Positions 20,102 to 29,087 of a DNA stretch of 64,000 nucleotides are shown here, piece by piece (the stretch's first letter is position 1; each line of letters starts with the position of its first letter). The position numbers and the translations under genes are program-made. Under the pieces are notes generated by a model. That model was not told where the DNA came from and did no database searches. It saw nothing but the letters and a program-made list of their open reading frames with translations. The stretch spans positions 64,001 through 128,000 of the forward strand of contig JAVRCV020000008.1 of the NCBI GenBank assembly GCA_034530615.2, written 5' to 3'. The DNA is from Aulosira sp. ZfuVER01 (GTDB lineage Bacteria; Cyanobacteriota; Cyanobacteriia; Cyanobacteriales; Nostocaceae).

Positions 20102-20514
20102 TTAATGTAATTCGATACGTGCAAGGGACATAGATTTGTCTCCGCCTTCGCTGGAAGCATCATAACAACGATACTCAGATTATCTCAGCCTTACTAGCCT
20201 GCCTTGATCGTGAGCTTTTCGGCTAGCCTCAAGAAATCAGGATACTTATTCTTATTCCATGCAAATGTTCTTTTTACACAGTATTCAGTTCCTACTTGTC
20301 TAACGGGATCGTATCGTGTAAAGGGATGATCTCGATCAATAGTTAAAGTGCAGGTATCAGCATAACAACCAACACTGATAACCTTTACATTGTCAACATC
20401 TTGCGTGGCATAGGCTTTTGTTCCTACTCCTAAAAATCCTATAGCTATTGCCAGACCAAAGATAGTTTTAACAAAATTCCTTGTTACATTATTTCCTCCT
20501 AATTTGTTTAGCAT
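20102..20514 (-). pseudogene. Secreted Cys-containing protein, probably frameshifted
   Basis: Strong AAGGAGGT RBS and signal peptide; the ORF ends at 20194. Restoring one A in GAAAAG (20216-20219) gives ...LAEKAHDQGRLVRLR*SEYRCYDASSEGGDKSMSLARIELH, with an in-frame TAA at 20180-20182. Confidence 0.5.
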
Positions 20515-20650
20515 TTTCTTTTACCTCCTTCGCTCTTTTACTAGTTAAACTAGTGAAAGTCTGATCCAGAATCTAAGAAAAATCGTTACACACTAGATCG
20601 TTACTGGATAAGAATTTTGGCTCTGATTTTGTCTAATTAATTTTGCTCCA

Positions 20651-21145
20651 CTACTGAGTTTGAGCCTGAGCAGCCGCTATAGCTTCATTGGCTTTAGTAA
20701 TAGCTGTAGTTATTGCTTGTACAGAACCAGCATCTGCTGTGGCATGAGCTGAAGCCTCACTCATGAAAGATACTGCTTGAGATACCGCTGTAGCTACTTG
20801 CGCGTTATCTCCCTTATATACTGAACTTTGCGCTCTAGCCATAGAGTCTTGGGCTTGTTTAAGCCTCGGTAAAACAATATATTCGTACTCTGGTCGGACT
20901 TTTATCGGTACAGTTTTTGCGACTGTTTCAACTACACTAACTGTCCGATTCAATACCCTCACCGCAATAGCAACAGCAAAAGCTACCGATTGATTATGTT
21001 GCGCAATAACGAAATCAGAATTACCTAGGACATCCCCATTAATTAACATTTTGTTATTAGATGAAAATGAGAATGCTTGACCAGAGGAAATTACCAGCAA
21101 GCCCATCACTAAAGCAGTTACTTTACTCAAGCGATTATTTTTCAT
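20651..21145 (-). CDS. Secreted Ala-rich helical protein (paralog 1 of 3, divergent)
   Basis: MKNNRLSKVTALVMG..AFS signal and IAQ motif; GGAG upstream of ATG 21145 (ORF track starts at 21187). Confidence 0.8.
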   Translation of the reverse strand: MKNNRLSKVTALVMGLLVISSGQAFSFSSNNKMLINGDVLGNSDFVIAQHNQSVAFAVAIAVRVLNRTVSVVETVAKTVPIKVRPEYEYIVLPRLKQAQDSMARAQSSVYKGDNAQVATAVSQAVSFMSEASAHATADAGSVQAITTAITKANEAIAAAQAQTQ

Positions 21146-21358
21146 CTTGCTCATCTCCTGATTCAAAAACTGAGAGGGTGCGCCCATTCTCTTTGAACTC
21201 AGGGGTTCCGCGCGCCCTCTCCAACCCTCACATGAAGATAAGGTTTTCTTGGTTGAATTTTGCTAATTAAAGTTGCTCTTCAATCCAACTATCTCTTCAT
21301 CTTCAACTAAGTCACTCAATACGGTTCGTTTTAAGGGAAAAGGTTTTAATTTACCTCT

Positions 21359-21435
21359 TATACCAATTCTTCAAAATTTAGCGACAGATTCAAAGCTAGA
21401 TTTTGTCGGACTTTTTTAATTACGAATTGGTATTA
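21359..21435. repeat. TACCAATT...AATTGGTA dispersed element
   Basis: Terminal inverted repeats TATACCAATT / AATTGGTATTA with an internal CGACA..TGTCG stem. Confidence 0.6.
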
Positions 21436-21482
21436 CACTTTTCCCAGACAAAAAAGCCTAACCTTAAGGTAACTGATGAACC

Positions 21483-22037
21483 TTATTGAGATTCAGCATG
21501 ACTTATAGCAATAGCAGTCGCGTTGCCCACAGATGTTTTAGCACTGGCTAGTGATTGAGCAATAGCTTCTCGGCCAGGCCCACTAACAGCACCCGATGTC
21601 GCAATAGCCAATGCATCACCAAGGCATGTTTCTGCTTCAGCTAGCGAGCTTGCAACTGCTCTTTGGTCACTTATAGCAGTTGAATTAGAAAGAGCACTAG
21701 CATTGCCGATCAAAGTTGAGGCTTTAGCGATTGACTCAGCCAAAGCGCTTTTCCCTGTTCCAGCAAGAGCTTCTGATTGAGCAGCAGCCGAAGCGTTTCC
21801 CAATGCAGTTTCTGCAACAGCTAACGATTGTGAGAACACTGGCACGTCTCTTAGACGACCTGGACGAGGAACTGGACGACGACCTGGACGTTGAGCAATT
21901 AGAATCGCGGAGTCACCCAATCTACTTGCATGGGTTATTTCTCCAATTTTATATGTATTTGCAAATGCTGTACTTGAGAAAGCTAAGAGCGAACCTATCG
22001 CTACAGCAGTAACTTTATGGAATAGTGTATTTTTCAT
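21483..22037 (-). CDS. Secreted Ala-rich four-helix-repeat protein (paralog 2 of 3)
   Basis: MKNTLFHKVTAV..AFA signal, IAQ motif, four SLAxAxTxxGNA repeats. Confidence 0.85.
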   Translation of the reverse strand: MKNTLFHKVTAVAIGSLLAFSSTAFANTYKIGEITHASRLGDSAILIAQRPGRRPVPRPGRLRDVPVFSQSLAVAETALGNASAAAQSEALAGTGKSALAESIAKASTLIGNASALSNSTAISDQRAVASSLAEAETCLGDALAIATSGAVSGPGREAIAQSLASAKTSVGNATAIAISHAESQ

Positions 22038-22152
22038 ACTTACCTCTAGAGAGTTGAACTCTCATCTGCTTAAAACTCGATTGAGTTTTAGATTTTATCC
22101 ATTATTTTTTTGGGTAAAAAACCTAGTTGTCGCTGACTTTAAATTATCAGCT

Positions 22153-22689
22153 TTATTGAACACTGCTCTTAGCAATTGCAGCTAGGTTCCCCACAGATGT
22201 TTTGGCACTAGCTAATGATTGAGCAATAGCTGATTTACCAGGCCCGCGAATAGCTTCTGATTGCGCCATAGCAAAAGCATCATCAAGAACTGTTTCTGCT
22301 TCAGTTAGCAATTTAGCAACTGCCTTTTTGTCAGCAATATTACTTGAACAAGAAAGAGCATAGGCCTGCTCTATCAATTCTCTTGCTTTAGTAATCAACT
22401 TAGCCAAAGTGCCTTTCTTAGTCCCAAGAATAGCATCTGATTGATTAGCTGCTATAGCATTCCCCAAACTAGTTTCTGCAATGGCTAGCCCTTGTAATAA
22501 GCCTCGCAGGTTTCTTAGAGAACCTTGACAATAAACTCGACTTTGGGCAATCAGGATCTCGGAGTTACCCCCTCTAGTTACATGGGATATCTTGCCAATT
22601 TTATCTGTACTGGCAAATGCTGTTCCGCAGAATGCAAAGAGCGAACCCATAACTAAGGCAGCAGCTTTCCTAAAAAGTATGTTTTTCAT
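22153..22689 (-). CDS. Secreted Ala-rich four-helix-repeat protein (paralog 3 of 3)
   Basis: Close paralog of 21483-22037; shares AIAQSLASAKTSVGN verbatim. Confidence 0.85.
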   Translation of the reverse strand: MKNILFRKAAALVMGSLFAFCGTAFASTDKIGKISHVTRGGNSEILIAQSRVYCQGSLRNLRGLLQGLAIAETSLGNAIAANQSDAILGTKKGTLAKLITKARELIEQAYALSCSSNIADKKAVAKLLTEAETVLDDAFAMAQSEAIRGPGKSAIAQSLASAKTSVGNLAAIAKSSVQ

Positions 22690-23256
22690 AAATTTTAGTA
22701 ATTAAGCGTTTAACTCTTGCTTTTTTAACTAGATTAATTACTCCAGTAACAGAACCTTTTTATCCCTAAATATTTAACAACCTTTTAGGGAAATCAGGTA
22801 ATTTACACTTTTCAATTTATAATGAGCTTCATTTATATTTTACCAAGAGTAAATAGATACTATTGCTAATAACTAAAAACTTAACATTTGCATAAAAGCG
22901 TTGAGACAGGTTGGATAATGTTTTTGCAATTTATTTCCGTAATTACTCTAATAAAACTCCACAAAAATAAATATTTCCTCTAGAGTTTTTTATAAATAGT
23001 TCTTTCGTATACCCAACATACTGCCCGCAGGCTAAAATGCATTTGCTACAACGCAGCGAAACCCCAAAAGCGCACTGCTTCACCCGTTCCCTCCCTATCA
23101 CGCTTGCGCTGCGCGAAGCCGCACCAAGCAAGTAATTTCTCGAATCAAATCTGGTTGCTATGGAAGTGACAGAAGAGGGTTAAGTATGTGCCATTCTTTG
23201 GAATGTCAGTTAAATTTGGAATATTCTCATGGCGTACAAACGCAGTGGTAAGCAAA

Positions 23257-23955
23257 ATGAATCATTCAATAGTGTTTTTTGTTGTAATATTCTATATTGT
23301 TATATTCGCAATAAATATTGGTTATTTAGTTTGGAGAAATCAACAGGAAAAGAATAGAACTAATAGAATTAAAGCTATTGCTACTCAGAAAAAAGTAATT
23401 TTTTTAGAGGAAGAAGCTCATAATATTAAATTAAAGCTACATGAGTTTAAATTATTAAATACAGGGCGGAGTAGTCTAGTTAAAAATATATTATTCTTGA
23501 ATTTGGTTAATGCAAAATTATATATTTTTGATTATAAATATTCGGCGTTTGTTGGGAAAGGTAAAGATGATTATTGGCAAACAGTTGCTTTATTTTCAAA
23601 TTCTCATATACGAATTCCTAATTTTTCACTCAAACCAAGGGGTGTCATAGCTCAACTTGGTAATTTTTTAGGATCTCAGGATATAAAGTTTAAAGCTTAT
23701 ACCAGATTTTCCGAAAACTATTTATTACGAGGAAGTAATGAGAATGCCATCCGCTTAGTATTTAGCGATCATATACTTACCTTCTGCGAATCTAAAATAG
23801 GGTTCTACCCACCCATAAAAACAACACCATCTATAGAGGTGGAAGATACAGGCTTTATATATTACCGTGCAAACATTCGTCTTGAACCTGAACAGATTGA
23901 ATCATTTATCCAAGAGGGAATTGAGGTTTTTGATTTGTTTCAAGCTAGACAATAA
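23257..23955 (+). CDS. Hypothetical single-TM membrane protein
   Basis: N-terminal TM from MNHSIVFF; AT-rich coding sequence. ORF-track start is 23188. Confidence 0.7.
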   Translation: MNHSIVFFVVIFYIVIFAINIGYLVWRNQQEKNRTNRIKAIATQKKVIFLEEEAHNIKLKLHEFKLLNTGRSSLVKNILFLNLVNAKLYIFDYKYSAFVGKGKDDYWQTVALFSNSHIRIPNFSLKPRGVIAQLGNFLGSQDIKFKAYTRFSENYLLRGSNENAIRLVFSDHILTFCESKIGFYPPIKTTPSIEVEDTGFIYYRANIRLEPEQIESFIQEGIEVFDLFQARQ

Positions 23956-24056
23956 TTAACATCTACTAGTCAGTTCAAAAATCTAGGTATTTTTAGGGTG
24001 TGTTATGCCGTAGGCTAACGCACCATTAAGCGTATCTCAAAAATCAAAGAGGATAG

Positions 24057-24740
24057 CTATATAGGAACAGTTAGAGGAATACCATTATCTGTAGGTTTCA
24101 AATTGAGTATAAAAGGAACAGCTTTCAATACCCAATCAGAAACAGGTGTGTAATTAGCAGCTTCTTCTCCGAAACTAATTTTTAACATATCAGTATGAAT
24201 AATCCCCGGATTGAGAGGAATAGCCGCCATACCATTAGGTAATTCTTGAGCTAAAGAACCTGTTAGCCCTTCGATTGCCCATTTAGAAGCACAGTATGGC
24301 GCAACTTGAGGGGAAGTAGAGCGTCCCCAGCCAGAACTGAAGTTAACAATAATGCCCCGGTTTTTTTCTACCATTGCTGGTACGAAATGGCGAATTATAT
24401 TAAATACACCTTTAATATTGATATCAATCAGCTGAGAAAACTCTTTGGAAGAAACTTCCCACAAAGGCGCTGGATAATTAATAATGGCAGCATTGTTAAT
24501 CAGTATATCTGGTGGTTCATATTTATAAAGTAAATGTTTTGCCCAATTTTCTACTTGCTGCTCATTGGTTACATCTACAACGGCGAAATTGTTGAGTGCA
24601 GTAAACTTTTGATTTAATTCCTTGATAGCGTCTTGTGAACGAGCGCAACCGAGAACAGTATGTCCCTCACGAATAAAACCCTCGGTCATCGCGCAACCTA
24701 GACCTCGACTGATACCTGTGATTAAAATGAGCTTTGCCAT
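24057..24740 (-). CDS. SDR-family oxidoreductase
   Basis: TGISRGLG, NNAA, SSGWG and catalytic YCASK. Confidence 0.95.
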   Translation of the reverse strand: MAKLILITGISRGLGCAMTEGFIREGHTVLGCARSQDAIKELNQKFTALNNFAVVDVTNEQQVENWAKHLLYKYEPPDILINNAAIINYPAPLWEVSSKEFSQLIDINIKGVFNIIRHFVPAMVEKNRGIIVNFSSGWGRSTSPQVAPYCASKWAIEGLTGSLAQELPNGMAAIPLNPGIIHTDMLKISFGEEAANYTPVSDWVLKAVPFILNLKPTDNGIPLTVPI

Positions 24741-24852
24741 GTTTTTTTGCTCTTATCAAATCGCGAAAATAATATGAGTCTAATAGCAAAATTTCTATAA
24801 TTTATTCATATTACAGCATACTGAAAGAGATACACATCTGGAACCCAAATAT

Positions 24853-25059
24853 TCACTCAATAACCCAACGTTTTGGTAAGAGAACTAAACTTCCTAATAC
24901 TAAGGCTTTAACCACAATTGACAATGCTAAAGCCATCACAAGGGTAAATTCTCTTAATTCGGAAAATTTGGCGAAGTTGAAAGCGCTCAAGGCTACAAGT
25001 CCAAGTGAGGGAAAAATCTAAGCAGTGACGAAACAATAACTTAAGGTGCGATCGCGCAT
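24853..25059 (-). pseudogene. Possible interrupted small membrane protein
   Basis: Manual translation MRDRTLSYCFVTA*IFPSLGLVALSAFNFAKFSELREFTLVMALALSIVVKALVLGSLVLLPKRWVIE*; in-frame TAG at 25018-25020. Confidence 0.3.
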
Positions 25060-25204
25060 TCAAAAAAATTTTTATTCGTAAAGACATAACATCTTTACTT
25101 TTGGCAGAAGCTTAACCTTTCCTACAATAACTCAAAACAAGTTTGAGCTATTGCCACTTTGATTAAACTATAGGAAATACGTTCTTGTCTACTCAATTAT
25201 CTGA

Positions 25205-25762
25205 CTACTGGCTCGCATTGAGAAAATTTAAACCTAAGAAAAGTGCTGCTACACTACCTGCTACAGCAATTTCTCCTTGAGTAATTTTTGCTAAAACTGA
25301 TTCTACAGGAATTAATATAACTTCAATTTCTTCTGTAATATCTAACTGTTGTTCTTTAACTTTTATGACATTTTCTGCTAAAAATAAATGGATTTGATTG
25401 GTATCTTTACTGGGTTTATCGTATAGTGTGGCGATTTTTGTCACTTGTTGAGTAATATAGCCAGTTTCTTCTACCAATTCTCTCACGGCTGCTACTTCTG
25501 CACTTTCTTTTTCTGGATCAAAACTCCCAGCAGGTAGTTCTATAAAAAATTCACCTACAGCGTGTCTATATTGCCGAACAAATACAATTTCTTGATTGCT
25601 AGTTATTGGTAAAATTAACGCTACTTCTGGTTTGAGATTAACAAAATAATCATCGATAAATTTACCATTAGGTAATTCTATTTCATCTTGCCTCACCTTG
25701 CACCAAGGATGATCCAATACCATTTTTGATTTCAATGTCTTCCATTTTTGGAGGTTTTTCAT
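25205..25762 (-). CDS. NUDIX hydrolase (ADP-ribose pyrophosphatase-like)
   Basis: VRQYR and Nudix box ELPAG..DPEKES...AAVRELVEETG. Confidence 0.93.
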   Translation of the reverse strand: MKNLQKWKTLKSKMVLDHPWCKVRQDEIELPNGKFIDDYFVNLKPEVALILPITSNQEIVFVRQYRHAVGEFFIELPAGSFDPEKESAEVAAVRELVEETGYITQQVTKIATLYDKPSKDTNQIHLFLAENVIKVKEQQLDITEEIEVILIPVESVLAKITQGEIAVAGSVAALFLGLNFLNASQ

Positions 25763-26000
25763 AAATACTCTATCTGATTTGTATAGTTACTGGTTGAGGC
25801 AGACAATAGCTAATAAGCAATGGGCAATAGATTTTTTTGAGCTTTATTTAGACTTACTATCTAATCTGGTAGAAATATCTTTAGATGAAGGGCAATTTTA
25901 GCATATGTAACAAAGTATAACAGATGTATAAAAATAACTAAAATTTAGAATAACACTGTGATATTTGTGTTATTTGCCCTAGCTTTAGATAAAAATATTT

Positions 26001-27053
26001 ATGCAAATTCAGGTCAAAATATTTACTGTCAATAAACGCTTTCCCTTGACAATTAGTCGGGGTACAACTGCACAGACAACAAATATATGGGTGAGTATTT
26101 CCCATGACGGGATTGACGGTTGGGGAGAGGCGTCACCGTTCGGTGTCGGCAATCATTCCCAATCCACCGATAAAATTAAAGATGCTTTGCAGCAAGTTAC
26201 ACCGATTTTAGAAACATTCAGCCCGTTGCAGCGGCAGCAAGTTGAGCAAGAGTTGATCGAAGCGCAGGTTCTTTCTTCAGTGAGGGCGGCGCTAGATATG
26301 GCCATGCATGACTGGCTAGGCAAGCGTGTAGGATTACCACTGTGGCAACTCTGGGGACTCGATCGCAATGTCATAGTGCCGACTTCCGTAACTATTGGTA
26401 TAAATTCTCCAGAGGGGGCGCGAGCTAGGGCGAAAGACTGGTTACAATTTACAGATGTCCGTCTTTTTAAGGTGAAGCTAGGTAGTCCGGATGGCATAGC
26501 TGCCGATCGGAAAATGTTATTAGCGGTAAAAGAAGAAGCACCAAATTTGGAATTCTTCGTTGATGCCAACGGTGGTTGGAGTTTGAGCGATGCTATTGAA
26601 ATGTGTAGTTGGCTAGCTGATTTAGGTATAAAGTATGTAGAACAGCCACTGCCAAGGGGACAGGAAAAAAATTTAGCAGAATTAAAGCAGCATACGCCTC
26701 TGCCTATTTTTGTTGATGAAAGTTGCTTTAGCAGCACTGATATTCCCCAATTAGCAAACTATGTGGATGGCATTAATATCAAACTCATGAAATCAGGAGG
26801 CTTAACAGAGGCAATACGAATGGTACATACAGCACGAGCCTATGGTTTGCAAGTTATGTTTGGTTGCTATTCTGATAGTTCGCTAGCCAATACAGCAGCC
26901 GCACATCTGGCACCTCTAGCCGATTATTTAGATTTAGACAGTCATCTCAACTTAATCGACGATCCTTTTACAGGTGCATCGATTCAAGAAGGAAGAGTTT
27001 TGCCCAACGATTTACCAGGTTTGGGGGTACAACAAAGTGCGTCTGCCACTTAA
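26001..27053 (+). CDS. Enolase-superfamily dipeptide epimerase / N-acyl-amino-acid racemase (AEE/DgcA-like)
   Basis: ISRG, GWGEA, KVK, DANGGW, EQP, DES, NIKLMKSGG and DLD motifs. Confidence 0.92.
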   Translation: MQIQVKIFTVNKRFPLTISRGTTAQTTNIWVSISHDGIDGWGEASPFGVGNHSQSTDKIKDALQQVTPILETFSPLQRQQVEQELIEAQVLSSVRAALDMAMHDWLGKRVGLPLWQLWGLDRNVIVPTSVTIGINSPEGARARAKDWLQFTDVRLFKVKLGSPDGIAADRKMLLAVKEEAPNLEFFVDANGGWSLSDAIEMCSWLADLGIKYVEQPLPRGQEKNLAELKQHTPLPIFVDESCFSSTDIPQLANYVDGINIKLMKSGGLTEAIRMVHTARAYGLQVMFGCYSDSSLANTAAAHLAPLADYLDLDSHLNLIDDPFTGASIQEGRVLPNDLPGLGVQQSASAT

Positions 27054-28083
27054 TCAACGAATAGCTATTTTGCTGCATGAGGGAACTGCTGGAACTCAAG
27101 GCAAAACAGGGTTGTCACTTTTACGCTACAGTGAAGCCCCAATCGTCGCCGTTATCGATCGCGAATGTGAAGGAAAATCTTTACCAGCAATTACAGGTAT
27201 CAAGCGTGATGTGCCAATTGTCGGCTCAGTAACCGCGTCTTTGGAATACAAGCCGCAAGTTTTGGTAATTGGCATTGCCCCCAAAGGCGGTGTCGTGCCA
27301 GATGATTATTGGCATGAAATCAAAGATGCCCTAGAAGCTGGGATGTCATTGGTGAACGGTTTACACACACCATTGGCAACGATGCCAGAGTTAAATGCAC
27401 TGCTGAAACCAGGGCAATTAATTTGGGATGTACGCAAAGAACCACCTAATTTAGGCGTTGCTAGTGGACTAGCGCGCACCCTCCCTTGTCGGCGGGTGTT
27501 GACTGTGGGAACTGATATGTCGATTGGCAAAATGTCAACTAGCCTAGAAATGCACTGGGCATCACGGCTGAGGGGTTGGCGTTCTAAGTTCTTAGCCACC
27601 GGTCAAACTGGTGTCATGCTAGAAGGCGATGGCATACCTTTAGATGCCGTGCGAGTAGACTTTGCGGCGGGTGCTGTTGAACAAATGCTGATGCGCTATG
27701 GCAAAAACTACGACATCGTCCATGTCGAGGGACAAGGTTCACTATTGCATCCCGGTTCAACAGCAACTCTGCCTTTAATCCGTGGTTCCCAACCAACTCA
27801 ACTTATATTAGTGCATCGAGTCGGACAAACTCATAACCGCAATAATCCCCATGTGCCGATTCCACCTTTACCAGAAGTGATCCGGCTTTATGAAGCAGTT
27901 GCTAGTGCGGCGGGTGCTTTTGCTCCTGTGCGTGTAGTTGCTGTAGCACTGAATACGGCTCATTTAGATGAAGCTGCGGCTAAAGAAGCGATCGCCCAAA
28001 CAACAAAACAAACTGGGCTACCCTGTACTGATGCCGTACGTTTCGATGCTAATGTCCTGTTGGATGCAGTGATGAAAGATTAA
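27037..28083 (+). CDS. DUF1611-family protein (DgcN D-glutamate N-acetyltransferase-like)
   Basis: GKTG, NGLH, TVGTDMSIGKM, ATGQTG, VEGQGS. The GTG start at 27037 overlaps the epimerase stop (ORF track starts at 26974). Confidence 0.88.
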   Translation: MRLPLNQRIAILLHEGTAGTQGKTGLSLLRYSEAPIVAVIDRECEGKSLPAITGIKRDVPIVGSVTASLEYKPQVLVIGIAPKGGVVPDDYWHEIKDALEAGMSLVNGLHTPLATMPELNALLKPGQLIWDVRKEPPNLGVASGLARTLPCRRVLTVGTDMSIGKMSTSLEMHWASRLRGWRSKFLATGQTGVMLEGDGIPLDAVRVDFAAGAVEQMLMRYGKNYDIVHVEGQGSLLHPGSTATLPLIRGSQPTQLILVHRVGQTHNRNNPHVPIPPLPEVIRLYEAVASAAGAFAPVRVVAVALNTAHLDEAAAKEAIAQTTKQTGLPCTDAVRFDANVLLDAVMKD

Positions 28084-28114
28084 TTCTATATGTTGCTCAT
28101 AATTCAATAAATTT

Positions 28115-28147
28115 ATCAACTCGTTGGCAACAGCGGGTTGATTTTTT
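28115..28147 (+). terminator. Intrinsic terminator
   Basis: ATCAACTCGTTG-gcaa-CAGCGGGTTGAT hairpin plus T-tract after the DUF1611 gene. Confidence 0.65.
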
Positions 28148-28203
28148 GTTGTTGATTATACTTGAAAACAACAATGCAACAAATGGAGCAAAACCCCTTC
28201 CTC

Positions 28204-28388
28204 ATACCATTTCACCAAAAATATGATGCAGACGCAAACCCTGGAACCTTTGCTGAGTCTCAATTTCTTAATTTTGAATTTTGAATTTTGAATTTTGAAT
28301 TGGTATCAGGCAGGTTCTACCAATTTGAAAAATGATAGCGACAGGAACGTACTGGCTCAATTTTTCGCAAAATCCAAAATTGTATTAC
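28204..28388. repeat. Two adjacent TACCA(A/T)TT...AATTG(G/T)-type dispersed elements, the first with an AATTTTG heptamer array
   Basis: ATACCATTT...(AATTTTG)4 AATTGGTAT at 28204-28307; TACCAATTTG...AAATTGTATTA at 28318-28388. Confidence 0.55.
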
Positions 28389-28418
28389 AGTGCGATCGAG
28401 AAGAATCTTTAAAATACA

Positions 28419-28991
28419 ATGCTTTCCGAACGCTTTACCGCAGCCCTTACCTACGCCACTGAACTGCACGCCAAACAAGTACGCAAAGGTTCTGGCGTTC
28501 CGTATATTGCCCATTTATTAGGCGTCGCCAGTATTGCTTTAGAATACGGCGCAAGTGAAGATGAAGCCATAGCAGCTCTGTTACATGATGCAGTTGAAGA
28601 CCAAGGTGGCGCAGCAACTAGAGAAGAAATTCGTCGCCGTTTTGGAGACAATGTGACAGCAATTGTTGATGGTTGTACCGATGCTGACACTTTACCTAAA
28701 CCGCCTTGGCGACAACGTAAAGCAGCATATATTGCCCATCTTCCCACAGCATCTTCATCAGTGCTGCTGGTATCAGCTGCTGATAAACTCTACAATGCCC
28801 GATCAATTCTTAAAGATTACCGCGTGTTAGGCGAATCACTTTGGGAACGCTTTCAGGGAGGTAAAGACGGCACTCTTTGGTATTATCGAACGCTTGTCGA
28901 TACTTTCAAAAATATCGACTCAACTGCGATCGCAGAAGAATTGGAACGAGTAGTTTTAGAAGTAGAGGCGTTGGCATTTCCGCAAAAATGA
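28419..28991 (+). CDS. HD-domain phosphohydrolase (RelA/SpoT-hydrolase / Mesh1-like)
   Basis: H..QVRKGSGVPYIAH, ALLHDAVED and ADKLYN motifs. Confidence 0.88.
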   Translation: MLSERFTAALTYATELHAKQVRKGSGVPYIAHLLGVASIALEYGASEDEAIAALLHDAVEDQGGAATREEIRRRFGDNVTAIVDGCTDADTLPKPPWRQRKAAYIAHLPTASSSVLLVSAADKLYNARSILKDYRVLGESLWERFQGGKDGTLWYYRTLVDTFKNIDSTAIAEELERVVLEVEALAFPQK

Positions 28992-29087
28992 AGGCTGAAG
29001 GATGAAACTGGAAAAATTTCATCCTTGATACTTCATCTTCATACTTATTTACGCAGAACTGTAACAGAGGTAACAGTCGTTTTTCTG

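Noticed and set aside
22943..23131. 62-aa minus-strand ORF / GC-rich structured segment as a possible ncRNA
   Set aside because: Composed of small-dispersed-repeat-like sequence; no recognisable RNA family motif.
26153..26737. 194-aa antisense ORF and the many other shadow ORFs opposite typA, the NRPS and the PKS genes
   Set aside because: Antisense to well-supported genes; the usual codon-bias shadows.
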